From contig JAVCBU010000003.1 of the NCBI GenBank assembly GCA_037917685.1, positions 221,320 to 285,319 of the forward strand: DNA of 64,000 nt, in the 5' to 3' direction. Positions 39,298 through 49,790 of the stretch are shown in pieces; position 1 is the stretch's first letter, and each line of letters begins with the position of its first letter. Source of the DNA: Thermoproteota archaeon. GTDB lineage: Archaea; Korarchaeota; Korarchaeia; Korarchaeales; JAOZGB01. Made by a program: the position numbers and the translations under genes. The notes beneath the pieces were generated by a model. It searched no databases and had not been told where the DNA came from. It saw only the letters and a list, made by a program, of their open reading frames with translations.

Positions 39298-39561
39298 ACA
39301 CCACTGGTCCAAATTTATCTCAATCATCAGGGGAAGAAGTGGATAATGAATATCTGAATAATGTTTCTAACCTCCAGTAAACATTAAGTTAACATAATTG
39401 TATACATAGAAAATTGGGTGATTCTGGCTTTGCGAATAAAAGAATAGATCGAGCTATCCGGATGGCCTTTGATTCAGGGATAAATGCTAGCAGGGGGCGC
39501 CCGGAAGGCTGGACGGCATAAACTTATATATAAGTTCTTTAACTCTTATTAATGAGTAGAA

Positions 39562-39726
39562 ATGCCTGTGATTAAAGGAAAATTTAAGGAGGCTCTTATA
39601 TCAACAAGAGTTACAGCAAAGATTGGAGACCTAGTGCAAATGCTAGCCGACGAGGAAGGACTAACAACATCAGAATGGATGAGAAACCTCATAATAAAGG
39701 AGCTAAAAGAGAGAGGACTACTCTAG
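39562..39726 (+). CDS. Ribbon-helix-helix (CopG-like) DNA-binding protein, 54 aa (below ORF-track cutoff)
   Basis: MPVIKGKFKEALISTRVTAKIGDLVQMLADEEGLTTSEWMRNLIIKELKERGLL; TTATATA box about 35 nt upstream. Confidence 0.75.
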   Translation: MPVIKGKFKEALISTRVTAKIGDLVQMLADEEGLTTSEWMRNLIIKELKERGLL

Positions 39727-40097
39727 ACACATAGCTGTCCATTCAAACCTGAACATCAGACCTGATAAATGGGAGACACTTTCTTTAAGCCTCTAAAACT
39801 GAACTGTGATATATAACAGTTTCGTTAAGTTCGATGCTCAGTCTAAACCAGGGGCTAAATTGAGCCGCTCAAATCAAACATCCTTAGTTTAGGATGATTT
39901 AAGATCTCCATAATCTTCTTAGGATCGTTCTTCGTAGAGTACACCTAAGCTTTCTTGACTACAGCCCTAGTGTAGAAACGTTCTGCTTCCCCGTAAAGCT
40001 TGCATATAGTGCGCGCGCAAATCCAGGTGTAGAAGTAACCCTGGTAGAAGAAATCTGTACGGGATTCGGGGTAAACATATAATAATCGCATGGTGAT

Positions 40098-41132
40098 ATG
40101 GTAAGCGTGGTAACTGAGTTACCTACCCTTTGTAGGCCAACGGTTTGGTTTCAGAACGGGCAGGTTGTAATGCTTGACAGAAGGAAGCTTCCTCATAGCA
40201 AAGTGTACGTGAAACTCCGATCCCCAGAAGAGGTTGCAACGGCAATAGAAAGGATGGTAATACAAGGCGCTGGGTCAATAGCCATAGCGGCTGGCTACGG
40301 CATCTTACTTGCAATATATAGGAATAGGGGGAAGCGTTCAAGCCAGGTATTAGAGGCAGCTAAGAGGGCTGCAGGAAGAATGCTCAGGACGAGGCCGACA
40401 GGACAGGAGCTAGCCCAGGTTACAGCGGAGGTTGTTGAAGCTGTCAGGCAGGCCATCAACGAGAACAAGGATCCCTACACTAAAGCATATAACAGGCTGA
40501 GGGAAGTAGAGAATGAATTTAGGAGAATAGCATATCTATGCGGCAGGAAAGCTTCAACCCTCCTTCAGGACGGTGACACAATTCTAACACATTGTTTTCC
40601 AGGCTGTGCTCTCTACTACATGCTTAACGAGGCTAAGAAACAGGGGAAAAAGATAAGCGTGTATGCGACGGAGACAAGACCCTACCTACAGGGGGCGAGA
40701 CTAACATGCCTAACCCTGGTGGAGGCTGGATACACCCCCACCCTAATCACAGATAACATGGTAGGCTACCTTATGTGGAAAGGCCTAGTTGATAAGGTGT
40801 TCCTTGCAGCTGATAGAATAGCCATGGATGGTTCGATAGCAAACAAGATTGGAACCTATAGCATAGCGGTGCTAGCAGCAAGACATAAGGTACCATTCTA
40901 CGTCCTGGGCTACGAGGGGCCAGACCCCAACACTAATACCTGGGAGGACATGGAGATAGAGGAGAGAAACCCTCAGGAAGTACTATACTGCATGAAAGCA
41001 AGGACAGCCCCCGAAGGCGTTCAGGCATACTATCCAGCGTTCGACATAACACCGCCAGAGCTCATAACAGCGATAATAACCCATAAGGGAATATACCCCC
41101 CATGTGAGATAGCTAAAACAGTAGAGGTTTGA
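40098..41132 (+). CDS. mtnA: Methylthioribose-1-phosphate isomerase-like protein (MtnA/eIF2B family), divergent
   Basis: LDRRKLP, RPT, ILTHC, ETRPYLQGARLT, ADRIA..ANKIGTY, PAFDITP. Confidence 0.8.
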   Translation: MVSVVTELPTLCRPTVWFQNGQVVMLDRRKLPHSKVYVKLRSPEEVATAIERMVIQGAGSIAIAAGYGILLAIYRNRGKRSSQVLEAAKRAAGRMLRTRPTGQELAQVTAEVVEAVRQAINENKDPYTKAYNRLREVENEFRRIAYLCGRKASTLLQDGDTILTHCFPGCALYYMLNEAKKQGKKISVYATETRPYLQGARLTCLTLVEAGYTPTLITDNMVGYLMWKGLVDKVFLAADRIAMDGSIANKIGTYSIAVLAARHKVPFYVLGYEGPDPNTNTWEDMEIEERNPQEVLYCMKARTAPEGVQAYYPAFDITPPELITAIITHKGIYPPCEIAKTVEV

Positions 41133-41434
41133 TACAGCGGGTAAACAAGCAGCCGCCAGGCGCGCGCCCTAAACCTTAGACCTTTCTTCACAGAGCTTTA
41201 AATCCTACTTGGAAAGCTGGAGAAACTTAGCGCTACTTTCAACAATCCGAGAATGCCCATCATAGAAAGCCATGCGGCCCACCAACCACATTCAAAAATA
41301 CAGATCCGGAAGAGGAGAGATGAGCGTTCAAAGCATGGTAGGGCAAGGCGTACCCCCTACAATGTCTAACCTTCCACCCCTAAACGTTCCACACAGCTAT
41401 GGCTGAGGAGGGCTGACAAGCCGTGGCTACAACT

Positions 41435-42166
41435 CTAATTCCTCAGGCAGAGCCTAGCCACCTCTCTCAGCCTTCCGCCGTAATCCACGTTGCCATACGG
41501 AACGTAGCTTTCAAGCTCAACCCAGGCATCCGGGTTTACACGTTTAACAATCTCCTTCACCCTTCGCAACGATTCAAAGGTTGTCAACTCAACCATTATA
41601 GCAGCGCTGCAGCTGATACCGGCCTTGTAAAGGTTCTCCAAAGCCTTAATCTGCAGGCTGAAACCTCTGCATCCAGTCACCTCCCTAAATTCTGCCTCGC
41701 AGGCACCCTTCAAGCTAACCCGCACGTGGAGAAACTCACGGAAACTTCTAAGCATGCCTACAGTCCTGGAGTCGAGCAGAGTTCCGTTGGTCTCGAGAAC
41801 AAAAACTCTACCATCCATGCCGGCCTCCAGACGTTTAAGAACCTCGAAAAGATGCCTCCTACAAAGCAAAGGCTCATTCCCACTAACCCTTACAATCCTA
41901 AAACCATGCCTGTCGGCGATGCTTAGAAGCCGGCTGGCAACCTCTTCAGGGCTGAAGAATCCAAGATAGCCGAGCCAAGGCCTGTCTCTCACCCTACCGC
42001 TCCAGCAGTAGAAACACTCAAGGTTGCAGCCCACGCAGTCAGCTGTGGCAGAGCCGCCGTAGAAGCGGGTGGCCCTAAAACGGTAGTACTTCCTATAAAC
42101 ACCCCTACAGGCAAACCTTGAAACCTGACGCGCCCTCCCCAAAGGGTCGAGAAGCCTTCCCACCAT
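41435..42166 (-). CDS. Radical SAM protein
   Basis: CVGCNLECFYCWS (CxxxCxxC), RVSGNEP, LETNG, VRVSLKG. Confidence 0.88.
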   Translation of the reverse strand: MVGRLLDPLGRARQVSRFACRGVYRKYYRFRATRFYGGSATADCVGCNLECFYCWSGRVRDRPWLGYLGFFSPEEVASRLLSIADRHGFRIVRVSGNEPLLCRRHLFEVLKRLEAGMDGRVFVLETNGTLLDSRTVGMLRSFREFLHVRVSLKGACEAEFREVTGCRGFSLQIKALENLYKAGISCSAAIMVELTTFESLRRVKEIVKRVNPDAWVELESYVPYGNVDYGGRLREVARLCLRN

Positions 42167-42424
42167 CAACCATAAACCCATACTACTATCTAAAACTTCA
42201 CAGCCACATCCATAACCCTGGCAAATAGGCACACCTACAGTGGGACGACGCCACATCTGGTGAGAATCCAGGCGTAAAGCCCATAACCACGCGAACATGC
42301 CAACACGCCTAAATATATCCAATTAACCCATTAAAGTTCGATGATCGGACATGCCTGCGTAAATTTTCCATTTCTCCATGGGTTTTAACGAACCTTTAAA
42401 TTCCCCCGTGGGAAATAGAATCTG

Positions 42425-43000
42425 ATGGGTGGAGAGATCAAAATTGAATCGACAAGGTTCATACCTCTAACCAGAATCCTCGGTTTCATAAGGAGTTCAA
42501 AGGTAAGCGGGATACTTAGTATTGAAGGGGGAGGCCATGAATCTAAAATCTATTTTATAAGTGGGTTACCCCTCTCCCATGTAGGGGATGAAGATTTCAC
42601 ATTAAAGGTTCTAGAGAATAAGGTTGATGCTAAACTAATCTTTAATCAAAGAGAAACCGTGGAGATGTGTGCTCAGGTTAAAGCTTCTATGGAAAATATA
42701 ACAAGCGATGTAGACCTAAGCCTTGTGGACACGAGGAGGATGTTAGACCTCCTCAGAAGGGAGCCTGGCATACACCTTTTCATGGTGGACGGGAACTTAA
42801 TAGTGACGCTCAGAGACACCATCCTGCTCTGCTCCATAGGTGGAGAAGAGGTTAAAGTTAAAAACGTAGATAGAGCACTCAGAGGGATGACTGGAAAACT
42901 AACAATCCTAAGAAGCAGAAACAAACTGGTATACAGAATTATCGCAGAAACCCTGAAGGAGAGGATGGGCCTACTCCCATTATTCAGGGTGGAGTTCTAA
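42425..43000 (+). CDS. Hypothetical protein, DUF4388/PATAN- or DUF2226-like
   Basis: LTRILGFIRSSKVSGILSI..SKIYFISG pattern. Confidence 0.5.
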   Translation: MGGEIKIESTRFIPLTRILGFIRSSKVSGILSIEGGGHESKIYFISGLPLSHVGDEDFTLKVLENKVDAKLIFNQRETVEMCAQVKASMENITSDVDLSLVDTRRMLDLLRREPGIHLFMVDGNLIVTLRDTILLCSIGGEEVKVKNVDRALRGMTGKLTILRSRNKLVYRIIAETLKERMGLLPLFRVEF

Positions 43001-43237
43001 AGGGTGAAATCAACATTAAACGATGTACCCCGTGGGAAACGCCCCTTGACACAAATGGGAGCCCTCGGTAAACCCTTAAACTCTAATCTTCCATTCAAGT
43101 CTTGGTCGGTCGAATCCTGTCTAATGTACTGGTGAACCCTGTATGTTCAATGCTTAACCATCAACGCGTGGCGCCGTGGCCAGGTTTACATGGATAAAGC
43201 CCTCAACCGGCATTCTAATGGTGTGCAGATGTCATGG

Positions 43238-44026
43238 TTAGAAGACACATTTTATTCTCCCACCGTCCACGGGGATCATGGCTCCAGTTATGTAGCTGGC
43301 TTTTTCGCTTGCAAGAAAGACAACTGTTGAAGCTATCTCTTCAGGGCTTGCTATTCTACCCGCTGCGGTACCCTCAGCCATCCTCCTGAGCACTTCTTCG
43401 ACAGTCTTGCCCTCTGCCTTGGCGAGATGCTCTGCATACTGCCTGAGCCTGTCGGTCAGCGTTAAACCCGGCATTACCCCGTTCACAGTTATATTATACC
43501 TTGAGAGTTCTATTGAGAGCTGCTTAACAAGGCCCGCAAGGCTCAGCCTCAGAATGTTTGAGAGAGCTATGTCAGGCTCAGGCTGCCTAATAGCTACAGA
43601 GGTGAGAATAACTATCCTACCCCACCTCCTCTCGATCATGGGGGGAGCTAAAAGCTTGCACAGCTTAACAGCACTCATAAGTAGAAGCTCATACGCCAAA
43701 TCCCAGTCCCCATCATCCAAAGTCATGAACCTACCCGGCCTAGGACCCCCTGTGTTGAACACAAGTATGTCCACCCCACCCCTCTCCAGTACATGGGCTG
43801 CCAGCTTTTCAACGTCGTCTCTTGAAGTCAAATCAGCTTCAAACCATTCAACATCGGATCCAACCTCGCTTCTTATCCTCTTAGAAGCCATCACAAGATT
43901 CTCCCGGCTCCTAGAGGAAATTATAACATTAACACCTTCCCTTGCAAGCTCCTTAGCAACTGCAAAACCTATCCCCTTGCTTGAAGCTGTAACAAGGGCA
44001 CTCCTATTCCTAATTCCAAGATCCAA
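43238..44026 (-). CDS. Short-chain dehydrogenase/reductase (3-oxoacyl-ACP reductase-like)
   Basis: LVTASSKGIG, DILVFNTGGP, LSNILR, ASYITGAMIPVDGG. Confidence 0.9.
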   Translation of the reverse strand: MDLGIRNRSALVTASSKGIGFAVAKELAREGVNVIISSRSRENLVMASKRIRSEVGSDVEWFEADLTSRDDVEKLAAHVLERGGVDILVFNTGGPRPGRFMTLDDGDWDLAYELLLMSAVKLCKLLAPPMIERRWGRIVILTSVAIRQPEPDIALSNILRLSLAGLVKQLSIELSRYNITVNGVMPGLTLTDRLRQYAEHLAKAEGKTVEEVLRRMAEGTAAGRIASPEEIASTVVFLASEKASYITGAMIPVDGGRIKCVF

Positions 44027-44108
44027 GAACCCTCACCACTTGTTGGACGCCGAAGATAGTTTTAAACTTGAAGCATGGAAGTTTACAGCGCTTGGAAAAC
44101 ATAGGAGA

Positions 44109-44333
44109 AGCGTTAAGGACTCATACAAACTCCTATGCGGCGGAGTAGCTGAAGCATTGAAAATCCTAGGACTTAACCCCCGCGTGAACAGGGGAAACAT
44201 AACTGTGAGGGGGAGAAAGATTTCAGGAAGCGCCCAGCACCGGCTCTACGAAGCAATACTGCACCATGGAACTTTTATGGTTAGGGTTAACATGGACACC
44301 CTTGAGAAGGGCTGTTTCAGCCTTCAACCTTGA
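44109..44333 (+). pseudogene. Internal fragment of lipoate-protein ligase A
   Basis: SYKLLCGGVAEALKILG..NITVRGRKISGSAQHR..ILHHGTF; no start codon, lacks N- and C-terminal parts. Confidence 0.7.
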
Positions 44334-44668
44334 ACTTCACCCTTCCCTTTACGTAGTCCCTTATGAAGCCAAGCTGGTGTTCAGGTGGGACTTTAAGGGT
44401 TATGATGAGGTTTGTAAGCCTCCACCTCTCCTCAGGGGAAAGCCTGGCTTTAAGCCTCCTAATCTCCTCCCTCCTCCGCTCCTCTTCGATGCCTCTGCAG
44501 TGTCTGAGCAGCCTCCCGTAAGCCTTAACAATCGCCTCCCCAGGCTCAGCATCATAGCGTGCACGCATAGGTCTAACACTGTATAGTGGGGGGTTAAGCT
44601 CGACTATCTCACCTTCATACTTGAATGATATAGGCTTGTACAGCTTTACATCTGGGCATTTAAGCACC
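44317..44668 (-). CDS. Hypothetical protein
   Basis: Coherent ORF (KCPDVKLYKPISFKYEG..FIRDYVKG); start uncertain. Confidence 0.45.
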
Positions 44669-44712
44669 TCCTCAAGATATTTAACTATGGGGATTCTAAT
44701 GGAATTGTTGGG

Positions 44713-45213
44713 ATGAGGGAGATAGTATATAAGCCTATAGGGGTGATCCATACACCTTTTAAGACGCCTAGTGGGACGCCTATTCAGGCTTCGGCGTCGA
44801 GGGGTGTAAAGGGGGTTGTTGAGGTTTATCCAGAGTTTATGGAGGGGTTAGAGGACCTGGATGGTTTCTCGCATATTATTCTAATATACCATTTTCACCT
44901 TTCAAAGGGGCCCTCACTTAGGGTTAAACCCTACCTGGATGATAAGCCTCATGGTGTCTTCGCTACTAGATCGCCGAGCAGGCCTAACCCCATAGGTCTT
45001 TCTGTGGTACGCCTCCTCAGGGTTGAGGGGAACAAGATCTATGTTCAGGATGTAGACATAATAGATGGCACACCACTTCTAGACATCAAGCCCTACGTGC
45101 CCGAGTTTGACGTTAGAGAGGTTACCAGGAAAGGCTGGCTTGAGAAGGTGATAAGTAAACTACCTGGGGCCAGGGATGATGGAAGATTTGCAAAGCAAGC
45201 ATCAAATAGGTAG
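44713..45213 (+). CDS. tsaA: tRNA m6t6A37 methyltransferase TrmO/TsaA
   Basis: PIGVIHTPFK, LEDLDGFSHI, GVFATRSPSRPNPIGLS, DGTPLLDIKPY. Confidence 0.93.
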   Translation: MREIVYKPIGVIHTPFKTPSGTPIQASASRGVKGVVEVYPEFMEGLEDLDGFSHIILIYHFHLSKGPSLRVKPYLDDKPHGVFATRSPSRPNPIGLSVVRLLRVEGNKIYVQDVDIIDGTPLLDIKPYVPEFDVREVTRKGWLEKVISKLPGARDDGRFAKQASNR

Positions 45214-45611
45214 AGCTAGCTCTACAAGTCTTTCATCACTAAACTTCCCTGTTGCCAGGGTGAAATCTCCAAAGTAAGATCTATGTGGATCCCGTGAAAT
45301 TTCATGTTTTAAGGGTAGCCTTATTTATCTTCCAGCTCCAAGAGATATTTCACCCCTAGTTCCATAAGCTTTTCCTTCTGAGGCTTCACCTCCTCTTCAA
45401 GCTTTAAGAATCCAACTAATGAATCAGGAACTCGACAGGCAGGGTGTAGCCATTAAAGCAACAGGTAAAACAAACACCTATACATGTTTACACTCCAACA
45501 GCCAGAACATTTCAATAAACAATAATAAATACCCTTACCGAAATTTTCCTATTATTAAAGCCTAAACTACAATATTTATATTTGTCAACAGAGATAATTG
45601 CTCAGATCGCC

Positions 45612-46403
45612 ATGGAAAAAGGCGAAACCCCACCAGAAAAAGAACCTACCAAGCATGCTGAAAACCAGCCCAGCACTCCTCCTCCGCCTCCTCCGCCTCC
45701 GGAGCCTAAGGATAAGACGAGACGGAAGATCATAGGTGCGGGCCTTCTTCTTGGTGCGCTCGCTGTGCTCGGATATTTCGGCTGGCCTTCGATAAAGAGG
45801 AGGATTAAACGCCGGGAAGAGCCAGCTAAACCTGCTACTAAGACCCCGTCGCCGACGTCCCCCCAGCCTAGTACAGCTCCCCCTGGGTCAACTCCCCCTG
45901 TGTCATCTCCCCCTGGGGGCGGGTCGCCTACTCCTACTAGTACGCCATCTGAGACTCCAGCTGGCGGTGTTGTTGTCCATGAGCCAGTTCCGATTCCTTA
46001 TGATATGCCTAGGCCTTACCTGGGCTTGGATGTTGTCACCGCTGCATCCAGTGTTTCCACGGAGTCTCCGGTTAGGCATATAACGGTCGAGTTGCTCTGT
46101 AAGAATCTGGGAACTGGTGGTTCCACTTGCTTCCTTGAAGTTTTTCACATTGCAGGCGTTGGGGAGCCGAGGCATATGCCAATGCCAGCGAGGCTCTCAG
46201 ACTTTGAAAGGATAAGCATCGAGACCCTCTACCTTCCGCCAGGGTCGGGTGTAACGAGAATGCTGACTATCGATATACCTGAGGAGTCGCTTGGGGTGAT
46301 GTTCATCCTCACCGATCCCCTGCTTGACCCTTGTAGGAGGGTTTTTGAAACAAATGCGGACTTCGAGGCGGAGTCCAGGCGACTTGTCTACTTTGGGAGG
46401 TGA
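45612..46403 (+). CDS. Pro-rich membrane-anchored protein with a twin-arginine-like signal
   Basis: Poly-Pro N-terminus, TRRKII followed by a hydrophobic helix, P/T/S linker, C-terminal globular domain. Confidence 0.65.
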   Translation: MEKGETPPEKEPTKHAENQPSTPPPPPPPPEPKDKTRRKIIGAGLLLGALAVLGYFGWPSIKRRIKRREEPAKPATKTPSPTSPQPSTAPPGSTPPVSSPPGGGSPTPTSTPSETPAGGVVVHEPVPIPYDMPRPYLGLDVVTAASSVSTESPVRHITVELLCKNLGTGGSTCFLEVFHIAGVGEPRHMPMPARLSDFERISIETLYLPPGSGVTRMLTIDIPEESLGVMFILTDPLLDPCRRVFETNADFEAESRRLVYFGR

Positions 46404-46408
46404 ACCTG

Positions 46409-48241
46409 ATGCCTAAGTATGTTGTCCATGTCCATGTGATGGAGAAGGCTTCCGAAAGGCTTTTTCAGGAGCAGTTTATGGATGCAAGGCCCATGGTAGA
46501 CCACCGGGACATCGCTGTAGTCGGTGCCATAGGCCCGGACCTGTTCTTCTGGGCTCCTGACTACGAGATATGCCGGATTATGCTTAGAATTCTAGAGGCG
46601 TACGATGAGATTAGAAAGCTGTACGACGCCACCATAGGGAAGATAGCTGATGCCATAGAGGCCGTAGAGGAGGCGGTTGAGGATATGGCTGAGAGGATAG
46701 CCCCCCACACGGCTAGCATAGTTGAGGCTGTGATACGTGAGGCTAAGGAGACGGCTGAGATGTTCGAGAGCACACTGAAAAGGGGAGCGCTTGCCGCAGC
46801 ACTTGGCCTAGACGACCTAGTAGCAGACTTAGGAGACATGCCAACAGTAACCAAGAGAATATTCGACCTCTTTAAGCCACCACTCCAGGATGGGAAGCCG
46901 GAGGCTCAGTGGTACTGGTTCGACATGCTCCACTACAGGCAGACAGGCGACTTCGCGAGAAACCTCCTGGAAAACGCTACAACCCCGATGCAGAAGGCTT
47001 ACGCATACGGATACCTGACGCATATAGCCACCGACGTCGTCGGACACGGCTACGTCAACCAGGTGGTGGGAGGACCCTACAGGACACACGTGCAGAGACA
47101 CGTAACAGTGGAGAACTTCATCGACGCATGGGCCTTTAGGGAGTACTATGGGGGAGACATCTCCACAGGCCTCGTTGACATGCTATCCCTGCCTGACCAG
47201 CTGCCGGAGGAAGTAGTAGACCTATTGTGCAACGCCTTCCGCCAGACATACCGGGATAAGCCCCACCCTGCACTCCTGCCTGGAGACGGGTTCCTAACAA
47301 AGGAGCATATAAGGCAGACTTACACACTTTTCAAAAGGGTGACAGAGCTGCTTGAAGACCACATAGAGCCTCCTGAAGAGCCGTTCACCGGCGTCCTAGA
47401 CGCGGTTTGGGAAGCCCTCAAGGATGCCTTCAAGCCCCCGCCGGAGCCCCCCGAGGTGGGAGACGGGGACTGCGGAGTACTAGACTACCTATCCTTTGGG
47501 CTGACAGAAAAGTCGAGGGAATGCTACAGAAGCCTTGTCGAAAGCATAAAGGAATGGCTGGAGTACCTGGCCGAGCTTATGGAGTGGATCCTGGAGGAAA
47601 CACTGGCGCTTTTCGACTTCCTACTCTCATCGCTTCTCCTATTACCTGCAATGGCCATAATAGGCATATTATACCTGATCCAGCTGGGCCTGTACAGGCT
47701 ACTACTCCTAATAAGAGACCAGCTAGCCCTCCACGGCTTAACATACCCGAGCCACGGCCTCCTAGACACCGCACACGGAAGAAACCTGACAACACCATAC
47801 CAGTGTGGCTACAGCCTTGAGCTGTACCCTGCAGTGTACAGTGCCGATGAAAACTGCCTACAGTGCCCCTCCCACGGGCCTGAGAGACCCCAGACGCTAC
47901 CAGCAAGCTATCAGGAGCTAGCATCCCCCCAGGACTTCATAGAGGGGGCACCTGTAGACCTTAAAGCCCTGCACAGCTATGCAAACGCCCAGACACCCCA
48001 GGAGACAAGGAACCTATACCTGGAGTTCGGCGGCATTGCAGCCCCAGGCCAGCAAAGATTCAGGCAGATAGCAAGCGCCGTAGAGCTTGCAGTATGGATG
48101 ATAAAAAACTGGAAAAAGAACCCTGACGCAACCACAAACTGGAACCTAGACTCAGACCGAGGATATGCCTACAAACAGTGGACTGGAAGGCTCCCCACAA
48201 GCCCCCCAGACCACACGGTAGAGGGTGAAAGCTACATCTAA
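46409..48241 (+). CDS. Zinc-dependent phospholipase C family protein
   Basis: MPKYVVH, GAIGPDLFF, DMLHY, GYLTHIATDVVGHGYVN, RHVTVENFIDA. Confidence 0.85.
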   Translation: MPKYVVHVHVMEKASERLFQEQFMDARPMVDHRDIAVVGAIGPDLFFWAPDYEICRIMLRILEAYDEIRKLYDATIGKIADAIEAVEEAVEDMAERIAPHTASIVEAVIREAKETAEMFESTLKRGALAAALGLDDLVADLGDMPTVTKRIFDLFKPPLQDGKPEAQWYWFDMLHYRQTGDFARNLLENATTPMQKAYAYGYLTHIATDVVGHGYVNQVVGGPYRTHVQRHVTVENFIDAWAFREYYGGDISTGLVDMLSLPDQLPEEVVDLLCNAFRQTYRDKPHPALLPGDGFLTKEHIRQTYTLFKRVTELLEDHIEPPEEPFTGVLDAVWEALKDAFKPPPEPPEVGDGDCGVLDYLSFGLTEKSRECYRSLVESIKEWLEYLAELMEWILEETLALFDFLLSSLLLLPAMAIIGILYLIQLGLYRLLLLIRDQLALHGLTYPSHGLLDTAHGRNLTTPYQCGYSLELYPAVYSADENCLQCPSHGPERPQTLPASYQELASPQDFIEGAPVDLKALHSYANAQTPQETRNLYLEFGGIAAPGQQRFRQIASAVELAVWMIKNWKKNPDATTNWNLDSDRGYAYKQWTGRLPTSPPDHTVEGESYI

Positions 48242-48955
48242 TAAGTACAACCCCTCCCCCCTTTTCCAGGCACCGCATATAAGTACAGGACTCATCTGTA
48301 AAAAGCGGGGCGTGAAATATTTAAACGCTGAACACCCTATAGGTCTGGGAGCCATGGCAAGATCGGGAAGGGTGTTGTACCCCTATTATTGGTTCTGATC
48401 CTTCTCCCAAAAACGTAAATAGCACCATCCCACATTAAGAGTTTCACCCTAACTGTTAATCAGGGGATAAGGGATATCGCCGACGAAGGTAGCATGTGGT
48501 ACGATGCCTATGGGAACACCGTTGCAAGGATAGAGTTGGCAAGCGACTTCCTATCAGTCAGAGAGAAATTCAGCATCGTCAGAGTATACGATACAGTTCA
48601 AACCTAATCTACAGCTTAGACCTTGACAAGTGGGCCTTAAATAGTACGGGGTTAAACCTATCCTCCAACCCTAGAAGAGTTAAAGGGTACTACTATGACT
48701 GGCTATGCATGAGATGGAAGATCTGGCAGTCCGGAGTATGCAATGAAACCCATGGATCCCCGGACTTCTCACATCCAGCATTTAAACAAGCATTCAAGTG
48801 GATGGCTAGCATATCGGTGGGTGGTTGCTACCTAAACATATCTTTCTACATGTCATGTCACGACCCATACATAAGGATCGCCGTAAACTCTTCTACAGCT
48901 GGGCTGTTACATCGATAAGGTAAACCTTATATTTGGTAAACTATATATTAATTCT

Positions 48956-49186
48956 GTGAGCAGATACGTCACCGTTTCCGCTAAGGTTCCTCGTAGGCTG
49001 AAGGAGCTAATGGATAGGTTTGGAATAAAGCCTGGCCCTATTATTAGAAGGGCTTTGGAGGAGGAGGTTGTGAAGCGTGTGTTGAGAGAGGTTGAAGATG
49101 ATGTAAAGGAGCTTAGCACTAGTCTGTCTCACATATCCGATGAGGAGATAGCTAGGCTGATACGCGCCGATAGAGAGGGTAGGTAG
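48956..49186 (+). CDS. vapB: RHH-type VapB antitoxin
   Basis: YVTVSAKVPRRLKE..IRRALEEEV..IARLIRADRE. Confidence 0.85.
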   Translation: MSRYVTVSAKVPRRLKELMDRFGIKPGPIIRRALEEEVVKRVLREVEDDVKELSTSLSHISDEEIARLIRADREGR

Positions 49187-49187
49187 C

Positions 49188-49601
49188 ATGGCGAAGCAGT
49201 ACCTTTTCGATGCTAGTGCCGTTGTAAATATGGTGAAGAGGGGTGCTGTGATGGCCCTGGCAGAGGGCTGCTCTCTAGATCTAACAGTCTACGAAGCTCT
49301 CAATGCTGTTTGGAAAGAATCCGTCTTGCTTGGAAGAATTGATTCAGAGATAGCATCAAAGCTAGTGGAGAACATAGTTAAAGTCCTAAGCGTTATCGGG
49401 CAACTAACCATAAAGGGGGTGGAGGAGAAAGTTTATGAAACAGCCGTAGAGGAAGAACTAACCATCTATGATGCCTCATACATCTTGGTTGCAGCCAGGG
49501 AAGGCTTAACGCTTGTAACAGACGATGAGAAGCTACTAGACAAGGCGTCTAAACACGTACCTGTAGTGACCAGTAGAAAGCTTCTGGAACTCCACGGCTA
49601 G
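49188..49601 (+). CDS. vapC: PIN-domain VapC toxin
   Basis: YLFDASAV, YEALNAVWK, LTIYDASYI, LVTDDEKL. Confidence 0.9.
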   Translation: MAKQYLFDASAVVNMVKRGAVMALAEGCSLDLTVYEALNAVWKESVLLGRIDSEIASKLVENIVKVLSVIGQLTIKGVEEKVYETAVEEELTIYDASYILVAAREGLTLVTDDEKLLDKASKHVPVVTSRKLLELHG

Positions 49602-49790
49602 TCGTAACCCTAAATGTAACACTGAAGTCTGGAATCCTATGAATAAACTTTATCCGCCGATTTTCACTTAAAGAGGAGAAGGGATAAGAATAGCGGCTGA
49701 TAGGAATATGGGTATGAATGATGCCTACGTCGCTTCTAAGCTAGATGTTAAGGGTTAGATTTAGGTTAAGCCATCCTTTGAGGAAAGCCT

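Noticed and set aside
39490-39520. SRP RNA (GCCCGGAAGG resembles helix 8)
   Set aside because: Flanking conserved SRP residues and long GC helices are absent.
43407-44333. 308-aa + strand ORF as a real gene
   Set aside because: Mostly the antisense shadow of the SDR gene; only the last ~75 codons are a lipoate ligase fragment.
45230-45430. Possible minimal nucleotidyltransferase fragment (LVGFLKLEEE on the minus strand)
   Set aside because: Too short and interrupted by stops to call.
48496-48918. 140-aa ORF upstream of vapBC
   Set aside because: No recognisable motif and a doubtful start; possibly a decayed gene, not supportable as a feature.
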